64,000 nucleotides of DNA from contig DUOO01000056.1 of assembly GCA_012838795.1 (NCBI GenBank), forward strand, positions 84,119 through 148,118, written 5' to 3'. Position 1 is the stretch's first letter. The number at the start of each line of letters is the position of its first letter. The notes below the pieces were generated by a model that had not been told where the DNA came from, ran no database searches, and saw only the letters and a list, made by a program, of their open reading frames with translations. Positions 51,859 through 61,053 of this stretch are shown in pieces. The position numbers were made by a program, and so were the translations under genes. The DNA comes from Clostridiaceae bacterium (GTDB lineage: Bacteria > Bacillota > Clostridia > Saccharofermentanales > DTU023).

Positions 51859-53068
51859 TCTTTTGCAGAATTTCATTCAGTTTTTCATCGGATAATTTGA
51901 GCGGGGGAGAGTGAATACTGTCGATATCTTTTTTTACGTATTCACTTATTTCCCGTATCGGTAAAAATTTTGTCTGTTTAGCCGGCTGATGAGCTGTAAC
52001 GGTGCTTCGGGTTTTGCTTAGTCCGTTAATTTGCGTGATAGTTTTTTCAACATTAAAATCATTGCCGAAACGGGCGAATAAAGACGGCTTCTTATTAAGA
52101 TATACCTCAAGGATTAAAGGCAAGGTTAAACCGGCAACTATACTATAAGGCAGGTTGCAAAAGACAGTCAGAGCATTTGCAATTGCCGTTATATAGCCTG
52201 CGCCGGATCTGCCGGAAGCATTTCCTGTTTTAAAAGCTGAATTGAGCAAAGTTTCAATCATCTGATTTTTGCCGGCGATTGTCTGATTATTGTCTATAAA
52301 GGAAGCAGGATTATTAGCCATATTCTCCAAACAATTCAGTATTTCGGAAATTGCTTCCAGGGCATTTTTATTTATATAATCGGAATTATTTTTACTGAGC
52401 AGCGACTCAAAAGCTTGAGCCAGAGTTCCTAAACTTGTCTCGACCAATAATTGATTTGACAAGGTAGTGAGATATTCTGCACAATGCATGACATAATTCG
52501 GCTGAAGGGCTCTGTCATTTAAAATATATTTAATTTGATTTGTATGATCAACAATCCAGGCTGCTTTAGAGGACTCGGCAGCAGTGATTGTCGTCGGACC
52601 GGCAATCAGAACAGGTGCTGATTTGTTACTTGATCTGATTTTTCCCAAACCTCTTAACTTATGCAGACTTTTTTCGGACCTGATAATTCTGGCCTTTGTT
52701 GCTTTGGCAAGATCAATAATCGAGCCGCCGCCAATTGCTAAAATCGCTTGACAATTATTGCTGAAAAACAGATGAACACATTGTTCAACCAATGTTATCG
52801 AAGGATTTTCAACCTGCGCCGCATAGAGCGTAAGCTTTAGTCCTGCGCCGTTCATCCTTTCTTTCAGTTTAGTAAAATATATATGAGATTTGAAATCTTC
52901 TGCACAAATAACTAAAATCCGGTTTGCGTTTTGTTCGCGCAAAATATGAATCAGATGCAGTTCCGATTCTTTAGCATCTGCTTTGTTGATAACGCGAGGC
53001 TCTTTTTTATTCCACAAACCCGTGCGGAGAAAGAATATTCTTTTTATTATTTTTTGCATTAAACGCAA
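51836..53068 (-). CDS. Iron-containing alcohol dehydrogenase-family protein (possibly degenerate)
   Basis: 410 aa. AIGGGSIIDLAKA nucleotide-binding motif. TTG start. The 3' end overlaps the aminotransferase gene by 23 nt. Confidence 0.6.
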   Translation of the reverse strand: MRLMQKIIKRIFFLRTGLWNKKEPRVINKADAKESELHLIHILREQNANRILVICAEDFKSHIYFTKLKERMNGAGLKLTLYAAQVENPSITLVEQCVHLFFSNNCQAILAIGGGSIIDLAKATKARIIRSEKSLHKLRGLGKIRSSNKSAPVLIAGPTTITAAESSKAAWIVDHTNQIKYILNDRALQPNYVMHCAEYLTTLSNQLLVETSLGTLAQAFESLLSKNNSDYINKNALEAISEILNCLENMANNPASFIDNNQTIAGKNQMIETLLNSAFKTGNASGRSGAGYITAIANALTVFCNLPYSIVAGLTLPLILEVYLNKKPSLFARFGNDFNVEKTITQINGLSKTRSTVTAHQPAKQTKFLPIREISEYVKKDIDSIHSPPLKLSDEKLNEILQKISQRIFD

Positions 53069-53261
53069 AACAACTTACCTCTGCCAAATAAATATTGGCT
53101 TATTATATCAAAACGATTCAATTTATTACAGATCTGGTCTTTTTACGTTAAAATAAGGCATAATTATACCCGGTCCAATGCCGATATAAAATTATAAAAC
53201 ATTTTAAAATGCCGTTAATAATGCAAAACATATAATTGAACTTAATCCAATCAGAGTAATA

Positions 53262-54899
53262 TTGAGGTACCGTTTGAATTCAGAGGCAAAATCAAAGGAA
53301 AATCAGGATGCTAAAACAACCAAAGCGATCATTATTGTGACTTTGATTGTTTTTTTTAGTGAAACAACGGGTTTCTTGCGAGACGTGTTGATTGCTTATC
53401 GCTATGGCACCGGAATTTTGAGTGATACCTATTTTGCGGTGGCAGGGGTAACGATATTACTCTTCAATTTAATTGTAAATTCGGTCATTACAACTGTTAT
53501 TCCGGTGCTCTCACATCTGGAAGCTAAACATGGCAAAAGACAAAAGATAATCTATACGGGAAAAATATTAACAATGATCGGTCTGATATCATCGTTTGTG
53601 GCTGTTTTGGCAGAAATCTTTGCTCCGCTTTTAATCAAGTTTATTGCAACCGGGTTTGGTGTAGATCAATTTGATCTGGCGGTCAAACTATTGCGAATCG
53701 GTATTCCCGGAATTATTTTCAGCAGCATGATCGGTGTCCTCTCCGGATTTTTACAAAGTGAGGGCAAATATTATGCCAGCTCATCAACCCGGATAATTTT
53801 TAACTTAACTTGTATTCTGTATTTATTCTTTTTTTCAAGTCATTTCGGTATTTTGGGCTTAATGACTGCAGCCGTGATCGGTTCGATGATGCAATTTCTG
53901 ATTTTGATCAAAGACCTTAAATTGACAGGCTTCAGTTATCGGCTTTCTTTGAAAACAAAAATCATCAGCCGTGATCTTGCTGAAGATTCATATCTCAATC
54001 GGGTACTTAAATTGAGCTTGCCGGTATTTTCGGGAGTAGCTGTCTATGACTTAAATACCATGCTTGATCGTGCTTTTGCTTCATTCTTATCTGCGGGGAA
54101 TATTTCTCAACTTACATATGCCAACAAAATTGAAACTTTGGTAATCAGTATTTTTATATCCGGTTTAATGACAGTTGCTTATCCCCGGATTACCCGAAAA
54201 ATAGCCGAACAAGATTTAGCCGGTTTTAAGGCTGTTTTTCAACGTACGCTTAATTTAAGTCTTTTGATTACAATTCCTGCTTCGGCCGGTCTGATAATTC
54301 TCGGTCAACCGATTGTGCAGATACTTTATCAGAGAGGAGCATTTTCGTCACAAGCAACAGAGATTACCGCCCGGGTACTTGCGATGTATGCGATCGGTCT
54401 GCTTGGCAAATCAATCCGCGAGGTGACGGTGCGGGCTTTTTATGCACTGGAAAGAAACAAAGCAGTCTTGCTGAATAGCGGGATAACACTTTTTCTCAAT
54501 ATGTTGCTTAATTTGATTGTGATCAAATTTGCGCGAGTTGAATTGCTGGCATTAATGACCAGCATGACGATAATCATCACGTCTTTTATTTTGCTGGGAC
54601 AATTAAAACGTAAAACAGGTCAACTCGGCTTGAAAAATGTCTTAATATGCAGTGTGAAATCCCTTATTGCAACTATTATTATGGCATTAACGGCCGTTTT
54701 TATGTATCGGACTTTGCTCGGTAAAATTGATTCCGAATCGAACGTCCAGGTTTTTCTGATATCGGCTCTGACAATAATTACGGCAGTTATAGTCTATGTT
54801 GTGTTAATCTGTATTTTTAAAGTAAAAGAAGCAAGAGAAATCATTGACGATATTATTTATCGCTTCCTGAAAATCAAACCGCGAAAAAACAAAGAATGA
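53262..54899 (+). CDS. murJ: Lipid II flippase MurJ/MviN
   Basis: 545 aa, about 14 TM segments. SETTGFLRDVLIAYRYG... is a MurJ-like N-terminus. The start is uncertain: TTG 53262, or TTG 53274 which sits 5 nt after GAGGT. Confidence 0.85.
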   Translation: MRYRLNSEAKSKENQDAKTTKAIIIVTLIVFFSETTGFLRDVLIAYRYGTGILSDTYFAVAGVTILLFNLIVNSVITTVIPVLSHLEAKHGKRQKIIYTGKILTMIGLISSFVAVLAEIFAPLLIKFIATGFGVDQFDLAVKLLRIGIPGIIFSSMIGVLSGFLQSEGKYYASSSTRIIFNLTCILYLFFFSSHFGILGLMTAAVIGSMMQFLILIKDLKLTGFSYRLSLKTKIISRDLAEDSYLNRVLKLSLPVFSGVAVYDLNTMLDRAFASFLSAGNISQLTYANKIETLVISIFISGLMTVAYPRITRKIAEQDLAGFKAVFQRTLNLSLLITIPASAGLIILGQPIVQILYQRGAFSSQATEITARVLAMYAIGLLGKSIREVTVRAFYALERNKAVLLNSGITLFLNMLLNLIVIKFARVELLALMTSMTIIITSFILLGQLKRKTGQLGLKNVLICSVKSLIATIIMALTAVFMYRTLLGKIDSESNVQVFLISALTIITAVIVYVVLICIFKVKEAREIIDDIIYRFLKIKPRKNKE

Positions 54900-55031
54900 T
54901 GTTAATCAGATATTAGCAAATAAATTATTAATAATCGAACCGGTCTAAATCAAACACAAAACCAAAATTATCTGACAAACAAAAAATTGACATCGCTTCG
55001 CTTATTAGATAATATTATAAAGCTGTTTATT

Positions 55032-55122
55032 GGAGGGATGGTCGAGCTGGCTGAAGGCACCGGTCTTGAAAACCGGCAAGGGCGTGAGTCCTTCGTGGGT
55101 TCAAATCCCACTCCCTCCGCCA
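55032..55122 (+). tRNA. tRNA-Ser (anticodon TGA), long variable arm, encoded CCA
   Basis: GGAGGGA acceptor pairs with TCCCTCC. Anticodon loop CTTGAAA. T-arm GGGTTCAAATCCC. Ends GCCA. Confidence 0.92.
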
Positions 55123-55214
55123 TAATATAATTTGTGAATGGCTGATATTTATAAAAAGCCGAATAATGTATATAATGATTGTTAATACATGTTCTGCTTC
55201 GATATTCATTACAC

Positions 55215-55304
55215 GGAGAAATACCCAAGTGGTGAAGGGGACGGTTTGCTAAACCGTTAGCAGGGGCGACTCTGGCGTGGGTTCAAATCCCACTTTCTCC
55301 GCCA
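55215..55304 (+). tRNA. tRNA-Ser (anticodon GCT), long variable arm, encoded CCA
   Basis: GGAGAAA acceptor pairs with TTTCTCC. Anticodon loop TTGCTAA between ACGGT and ACCGT. T-arm GGGTTCAAATCCC. Confidence 0.92.
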
Positions 55305-55309
55305 AAATT

Positions 55310-55349
55310 GTCCAAAAGCTTCTGATGTCAGGGGTTTTTGGACTTTTTT
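55310..55349 (+). terminator. Rho-independent terminator after the tRNA-Ser pair
   Basis: GTCCAAAA (55310-55317) pairs with TTTTGGAC (55336-55343), followed by TTTTTT. Confidence 0.7.
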
Positions 55350-55562
55350 ATGGGTAAATACAATCCGATTTTTGCATGTAGCTCAAAATATTTAATTGAA
55401 AATTGGTGAAATTTTCTTTGAAATTAAAGTTTATTCCCTGTGTTATGCATTGTGGTATATCGATAATATAAATATATAAAAGTTTTTACATATATTAGTA
55501 ATCAAAAACACTCAAAAAACACTCGAAACTGAAATCTGAAGTAGGAAAAAGAGGAAAAAACA

Positions 55563-55828
55563 GTGAGCAAGAAAACACGAAATAAGCGGACTTCTTTTGT
55601 GCGAGTAGTACTTTTACTCATGTCAATTATTCTGTCGGTAGTATCAACAGCAAAAACAGCGGTTTATACAGAAATTGAGACCCTGAATTGTTGGACACAC
55701 CGGAAGCGACAGATAACCTCTTGATGATTCACAGAGTGGATACCACCGATCCGGTGTCCGGATTTGACCCAAGACCGGACAGCTTGGAGCTGACTTTCTA
55801 CCGCCTTTATTTATTAGTTCAAGCGTGA
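55563..55828 (+). pseudogene. Possible frameshifted small secreted or membrane protein gene
   Basis: GTG 55563 sits 7 nt after AGAGGA and gives VSKKTRNKRTSFVRVVLLLMSIILSVVSTAKTAVYTEIE..., with a stop at 55722. A second frame continues DPELLDTPEATDNLLMIHRVDTTDPVSGFDPRPDSLELTFYRLYLLVQA* to 55828. Confidence 0.25.
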
Positions 55829-55931
55829 ATAAGATGTTAGATAAAGTGTTTCTAAATTGTCAAAGTGTTTCTAAATTGTCAAACAGATATACTGTTGTTG
55901 AAATAATCGCCGGATAAATATCCGTTGTTTT

Positions 55932-56741
55932 CTAGCGATATGTGATTTTGGGCTTCTTTTTCGGAACACTTCTCTGATAGCGTACGGCAGGATGACCTAT
56001 TATGAGTGAAGCTTGGGCTGCAGCGCTTTCCTCTACTGCTAAAAACTCTTTAAGAGCAAGGGAAGCATTAACTGCTCTTGTCGTAAATCCGCTGTAAACC
56101 ATACCGAGGCCGAGAGCGTATACCATGCTTTCCATATGTGCTGCTGCAATACAGGCATTTATATTTGACGGTGAAAAAACGACAATGACGAGAGGTGCAT
56201 CAAAAAACAAAAGATCCGGGGCACCGGGAATATTGAGATTTTCGTACATCTTCTTCCATTTTTCAGCATAGCGGATCATATTTGGTATTTTTTTCTGTTC
56301 TTCACTTAGATCGCTGATCCGATACAGCGACTCAATTGCAAGTTTTCTTACATGAGAAAGATTTTCTTCAATCACTACATATGAAACATTTTGAATGTTT
56401 CCGCCCTTTGGTGAATACACACCCATATCAAGAATTTTTTGCAGATCTTGGGAAGATACTTTTTCGTCCGTAAACGAGCGGACGGTACGCCGTGTCTTCA
56501 TCAGGCGCAGTAATTTGTCGGGATCAGCCCGGTCATCATCATCCACATCTATGATGTCTGAAGAAGGAAAGCCCTCAAGTGTTATGGCGTTTTGAGGGCA
56601 AATGGCAAGACAATGGCCACATTCCATGCAGAATCTTCCCTTCGGCCGTGCAGTTCCGTCAGACAGTTCAATATCGTTTGCAAAACAGTCATTAACGCAA
56701 AGACCGCATCCGATACAGAGTTCTCTGTTAATAGTTATCAT
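55932..56741 (-). CDS. Ferredoxin-nitroreductase fusion protein (2x[4Fe-4S] plus nitroreductase domain)
   Basis: 269 aa. CIGCGLCVNDC and CMECGHCLAICP, followed by RRTVRSF... nitroreductase fold. Confidence 0.8.
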   Translation of the reverse strand: MITINRELCIGCGLCVNDCFANDIELSDGTARPKGRFCMECGHCLAICPQNAITLEGFPSSDIIDVDDDDRADPDKLLRLMKTRRTVRSFTDEKVSSQDLQKILDMGVYSPKGGNIQNVSYVVIEENLSHVRKLAIESLYRISDLSEEQKKIPNMIRYAEKWKKMYENLNIPGAPDLLFFDAPLVIVVFSPSNINACIAAAHMESMVYALGLGMVYSGFTTRAVNASLALKEFLAVEESAAAQASLIIGHPAVRYQRSVPKKKPKITYR

Positions 56742-56951
56742 ACCGTTAACTCCAATATGCTTCTGTGTTTAGTCAACTTAAAAATTTAAGAGAGAGCTGA
56801 AAAATCTCCGCAGGGTATTTGGTTCCGGCCGATTATTAATAAAAAGAAATCAGCATCTCATAATAATAAAGCGTAATCAAATCTCTTAATTATTATTGAG
56901 ATATTGACTACGCTTTTTTTAAGAATACTCAATTAGCCGACAACAGTGAGA

Positions 56952-57539
56952 TTAGCTGTTTTTGTTTTGTACTGCACCGATAATGTAGAGAATCGGGATT
57001 ACCAATCCTAACAATAAAGAAAGAACCGGGAAAGGATATCCGCCGACCGCTGTCAAGATTGAGCTGAGCACGCTGATTGCTGCGACTGCTATACCCCAAA
57101 TGAGCAGCTTACCGGCTTTAGCTTTATTGTTATTATGTTTTATTCCGGAAATTCCGGCAATCAATTGGACGATTGAGCCGACACCGCTGAGAGCAAAGGC
57201 AGCATATAATACTCCTGTAGAAATGCCCAAATAACTGGCACCAAAGCTAAAATACGGATTAGATGCAAGAGCGGCGATACCGGTAATACCGATGATTGTA
57301 GCTATAATTCCGATAGCGGCACCAATGATCATTAAGATACCGACTACTTTGAGCATAGTAGCACCTTTCAGCTTAGGAGCTTGTTGATATTGTTGTTGGT
57401 ATTGCGGCTGATACTGCTGCTGATATTGTTGCTGTTGCGGTTGATATTGTTGCTGTTGCGGTTGATATTGTTGTTGTTGCGGTTGATACTGCTGTTGTTG
57501 ATATTGTTGTTGTGGATTGTAATTATTATTTTGATCCAT
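56952..57539 (-). CDS. Membrane protein with a Q/Y-rich heptad-repeat N-terminus and about 4 TM helices
   Basis: 195 aa. SD GGAGGT. The N-terminal 55 aa are almost only Q, Y and P. No family recognised. Confidence 0.6.
   Translation of the reverse strand: MDQNNNYNPQQQYQQQQYQPQQQQYQPQQQQYQPQQQQYQQQYQPQYQQQYQQAPKLKGATMLKVVGILMIIGAAIGIIATIIGITGIAALASNPYFSFGASYLGISTGVLYAAFALSGVGSIVQLIAGISGIKHNNNKAKAGKLLIWGIAVAAISVLSSILTAVGGYPFPVLSLLLGLVIPILYIIGAVQNKNS
57398..57510 (-). repeat. About 4-5 tandem 21-bp repeats encoding QQQQYQP heptads
   Basis: GTTGATATTGTTGCTGTTGCG units occur at 57440 and 57461, with diverged flanking copies. Confidence 0.85.
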
Positions 57540-58022
57540 TTTTTACCTCCATACGTTCTGATATTTTTGATCTGTTAACATATATATATTAACAGATTCA
57601 GTTCAAATTATTAATTAAAATATTAATTCTTTGATTAATGTTTTGACCGATAGCTTTAGTCTACATGTTATTTGATTCAAAAACAATTGTCCTTTGTCAT
57701 TTTTCTGTTATTTCAAATAAAGGTTTAAGTTCATTGTTTATATTTTCATAAAGTAACCATAACAAGCCGAATACTTTGACTAAAATATCTTTTTTCTTGG
57801 GTTTTATTTTGATTTCTTCATATGCTGATTCGGGGTTTTCCTTCTGCAGTATAAAGTCAAATTTGTCATGTCGCCTTTAGGATCAATGATTAGGGCTTGA
57901 ATTTTGACAACAACTTCAAATTGTTAATGAAATTAAGATAAGTTTTGTCATATTCTTGCCAAACTTGATGTATATTATTTTTAACAGATAAAAATAATTA
58001 ATATACAGAGGTCAGAGGATAA

Positions 58023-59441
58023 ATGAATAATCAATTTGGATCAAATGATAATCAAAATAACAGTAACAGTTATAACGATCAGTTTAAATATGACAACAAC
58101 CAGAATGTTCATCATCAATTTGACTTAAATAACAGTGCTCAGCCGAATAATTACTATAATCCTGAATATCAGAATTATGATCCTAATCCGCAAATCGAAT
58201 TACAATATGCAGAAGAGGATCGAATCAGAAGAATAGTTCAGGAAGAATTGCGAAATAAGAAGCCAAAAAAAATTTGGCTGCGGGTGATAGCTTTAATTTT
58301 AGTCGGAGCTTTGCTGGGAACAGGTGTAACATACGGTGCATTGAATATCTTGAGAGCAAGCAAGAAGGTCAGTAAAGAAGAACCTAAACCTACAGAGTCC
58401 GGTGTTGTGGAAGAGGTGCCGGAATATACTCAGGAGAATCTCCAAATCGAGATAGACTTGGGTGAAACAAGTACAGTAGAAAATGTTGTTGCCGCAAAAA
58501 CGATTCCGGCAATTGTCGGTATTACTTCTAAACTCAGAGGACAGGTCCAGCAATTTTATTTTTATGAAATACCGGAATATGCGGAAGCAGTAGGCTCCGG
58601 TGTTATTGTTGATTCATCCGGTTATATTCTGACGAATTCGCATGTTGTAAACAATGGCAGTTTTGAAAGCTTAACGGTTTCTTTCTCGGATGATCAGGAA
58701 ACGGAAGCAGAGTTGATCTGGAATGATCAGACTTTAGACTTGGCAATTATCAAAGTTGAGCGGGATAATCTGCCGACTGTGGAGATGGGAGATTCCGATG
58801 ATGTCAGTGTCGGCGATAAAGCCATTGCCGTAGGCAACCCTCTCGGTTTGTCATTGCAGTCTACTCTGACATCGGGCTATATATCCGGTCTTGATCGAAC
58901 GATCAGATTGGATGACGGCAATATTATGGATGGTTTAATCCAAACCGATGCCGCGATTAATTCAGGTAATTCAGGCGGAGCGTTATTTAATGCTGAAGGA
59001 AAAATCATCGGTATCAATACTGCACGTCCGCAAACTGCTGACGGTATCGGATTTGCAATTCCGATTAATACGGCAAAGCCGATCATTGAAAAGGTAATTA
59101 CGGAAGGATCTTTTGAATCTTTATATTTGGGAATTTCCGGGATCAATGTCCAATACGTTTTTCCGGTAGACGGTGAAGAATTACCGACGGATACCGGAGT
59201 CATGGTCCAAGAAGTATTTTCCGATTCACCTGCTGCAAAAGCCGGAATTAAGCCCGGAGATATTATCACAGCTTTAGGCAGTGATCCGGTAGATTCGATG
59301 AATAGCTTGAAAACAAACTTATTGAAATACGAATTGAATGATACTGTGACGATCACTTATTTCAGAGGCGATGAAGAAAAAACAACGGAAATCACTTTTA
59401 GTTTATTTGTTTTTCCCAATGAAATGAGCAAAAAAAATTGA
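58023..59441 (+). CDS. htrA: HtrA/DegP-family serine protease (TM anchor, trypsin domain, PDZ) with an N/Q-rich N-terminus
   Basis: 472 aa. Catalytic contexts TNSHVV, DLAIIKV, GNSGGAL. C-terminal PDZ domain. SD AGAGG. Confidence 0.88.
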   Translation: MNNQFGSNDNQNNSNSYNDQFKYDNNQNVHHQFDLNNSAQPNNYYNPEYQNYDPNPQIELQYAEEDRIRRIVQEELRNKKPKKIWLRVIALILVGALLGTGVTYGALNILRASKKVSKEEPKPTESGVVEEVPEYTQENLQIEIDLGETSTVENVVAAKTIPAIVGITSKLRGQVQQFYFYEIPEYAEAVGSGVIVDSSGYILTNSHVVNNGSFESLTVSFSDDQETEAELIWNDQTLDLAIIKVERDNLPTVEMGDSDDVSVGDKAIAVGNPLGLSLQSTLTSGYISGLDRTIRLDDGNIMDGLIQTDAAINSGNSGGALFNAEGKIIGINTARPQTADGIGFAIPINTAKPIIEKVITEGSFESLYLGISGINVQYVFPVDGEELPTDTGVMVQEVFSDSPAAKAGIKPGDIITALGSDPVDSMNSLKTNLLKYELNDTVTITYFRGDEEKTTEITFSLFVFPNEMSKKN

Positions 59442-59533
59442 AGGAGGTGACTTCGATCAGTTCTCAGTTTTCCTGGTGACAACAAAAATAACGATTGTTT
59501 CTTATTTGATAGAACTGATAACCATATATTAAT

Positions 59534-60532
59534 ATGGTAAAGTATATAGAGAAACAACCGGAAAGAATATTGAAAAACCAGGGACAAAAAATGAAAACAG
59601 AATTTGAAATTGTTAAATATGAAAAAATTAACAATGCAAATATATTTATTGTCGAGATGAATTATCGAACACCTCATCTGCATAGGGACTTTGAGATTAG
59701 TTTTATTTTGGAAGGGCATTCGACTCTGGTAATCAACGGCAAGCGATATGAGGGAAATGCGGAGGATGTATTTATATTAAATCCTACCAATCCCCATGAG
59801 ATTTTTACGCATGGAGATGTGGGTGCAACAATTTTGTGTCTTCAAATCTCTCCTCGTTTTTTTAGCGATACTTTACCTGCTATGTCGAACGTGTTTTTTG
59901 ATGTTTCCAATATAAATTTGCCTGAAAATAGTGAATGGATAGCTTCATTTCGCAGGACACTAATAGAATCGGCAATTGCTTATATGAATCCGCACCAAAA
60001 CAGTCACCTATACTGTGCAGCCCGAATCAATGACATTTTTTATATGCTTTTGGAAAATGTTCCGCATCATTATTTGTCGATTGCAGATCAACAGGCTATT
60101 GGACGAAAGGTTGACCGGATTCTCCGTTTTTTTGAATTTGTTGATTTAAATTTTATGCATAAAATTAATCTTCAAGACTTTGCAGAAACCGAAGGTGTGT
60201 CATTAAATTATATGTCCTCTTTTATAAAGAAAAACTTAAATAAAACCTTCCGGGAATACGTATCGGATGTGCGCTTCAGTCAAGCTTGCAAGCTTTTAAC
60301 CATAGAAAACAAGCGATTAACAGACGTTTTTCTTGAATCCGGTTTTTCAGATTTAAGATATCTCACCAAGGCATTTTTGCAAAGAACGGGAATGCGTCCG
60401 AACGAATACAGAAGCAAACATAAAAATCTCAGGAATGAATATAAGTATAAAAGCAGCCTGCACTCATCGGAGAAATTATATTCAAATGAAGAGGCCTTAC
60501 GGATATTGGATTATTTAAAGACATGCTATTAG
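59534..60532 (+). CDS. AraC-family transcriptional regulator (cupin sensor plus HTH)
   Basis: 332 aa. C-terminal double HTH (...GFSDLRYLTKAFLQRTGMRPNEYR). The start may instead be ATG 59591. Confidence 0.85.
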   Translation: MVKYIEKQPERILKNQGQKMKTEFEIVKYEKINNANIFIVEMNYRTPHLHRDFEISFILEGHSTLVINGKRYEGNAEDVFILNPTNPHEIFTHGDVGATILCLQISPRFFSDTLPAMSNVFFDVSNINLPENSEWIASFRRTLIESAIAYMNPHQNSHLYCAARINDIFYMLLENVPHHYLSIADQQAIGRKVDRILRFFEFVDLNFMHKINLQDFAETEGVSLNYMSSFIKKNLNKTFREYVSDVRFSQACKLLTIENKRLTDVFLESGFSDLRYLTKAFLQRTGMRPNEYRSKHKNLRNEYKYKSSLHSSEKLYSNEEALRILDYLKTCY

Positions 60533-60752
60533 TGTTATATCAGCGCAATATCCACATTTGCCAATCCGGAAAAAAATATTTCAGCTAACCGATATGCCGC
60601 AATTCTGCAAAATGTTCGGATATAATTCCGACATACAACGTTCAAACTGTAAATTAATCGACTAATAATAAGTAAACCGTCATTGTGAATCCACCCTGTA
60701 CAAAGATATTATATTGATACACGTAAAATGAATTTTCTTGAAAGAGGATATT

Positions 60753-60860
60753 ATGTCTCAATTTAAATTTTCTGCAGGACCTTGGAATGTACACACCGGT
60801 CTTGACCGGTACGTGCCGGAAACCGGTCAAGATATCTTTTCCTCAAAATACGCAGTGTGA
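60753..60860 (+). pseudogene. 35-codon remnant of a xylose-isomerase-like TIM-barrel gene
   Basis: SD AGAGGA then MSQFKFSAGPWNVHTGLDRY..., resembling the F-x-x-G-x-W-x-V N-terminus of class I xylose-isomerase-like enzymes. It stops after 35 aa and contains a 10-bp perfect inverted repeat (60801-60810 with 60822-60831). Confidence 0.35.
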
Positions 60861-61053
60861 TATAAAAAATGAGTATAAAAAGGAGAGAGCCCTCTTATGA
60901 AAGTAACATACTAAATGGATATTTTCAGCGAATTATAGTATAATGTGCACTATTGCAATTACTTTACTTCTATTACTCTATCGCAACTTATGTGTAGGCT
61001 GAAGATCTTTATATAAACATTAACACAATAATTAAAGAAGGAGGTTTTTTATC

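Noticed and set aside
54968-55228. 86-aa and 60-aa minus-strand ORFs.
   Set aside because: They are antisense to the two tRNA-Ser genes; the open frames are incidental.
57381-57578. 65-aa leucine-rich plus-strand ORF.
   Set aside because: It is the reverse reading of the CAA/CAG glutamine repeats. The minus-strand gene has the SD and a coherent TM domain.
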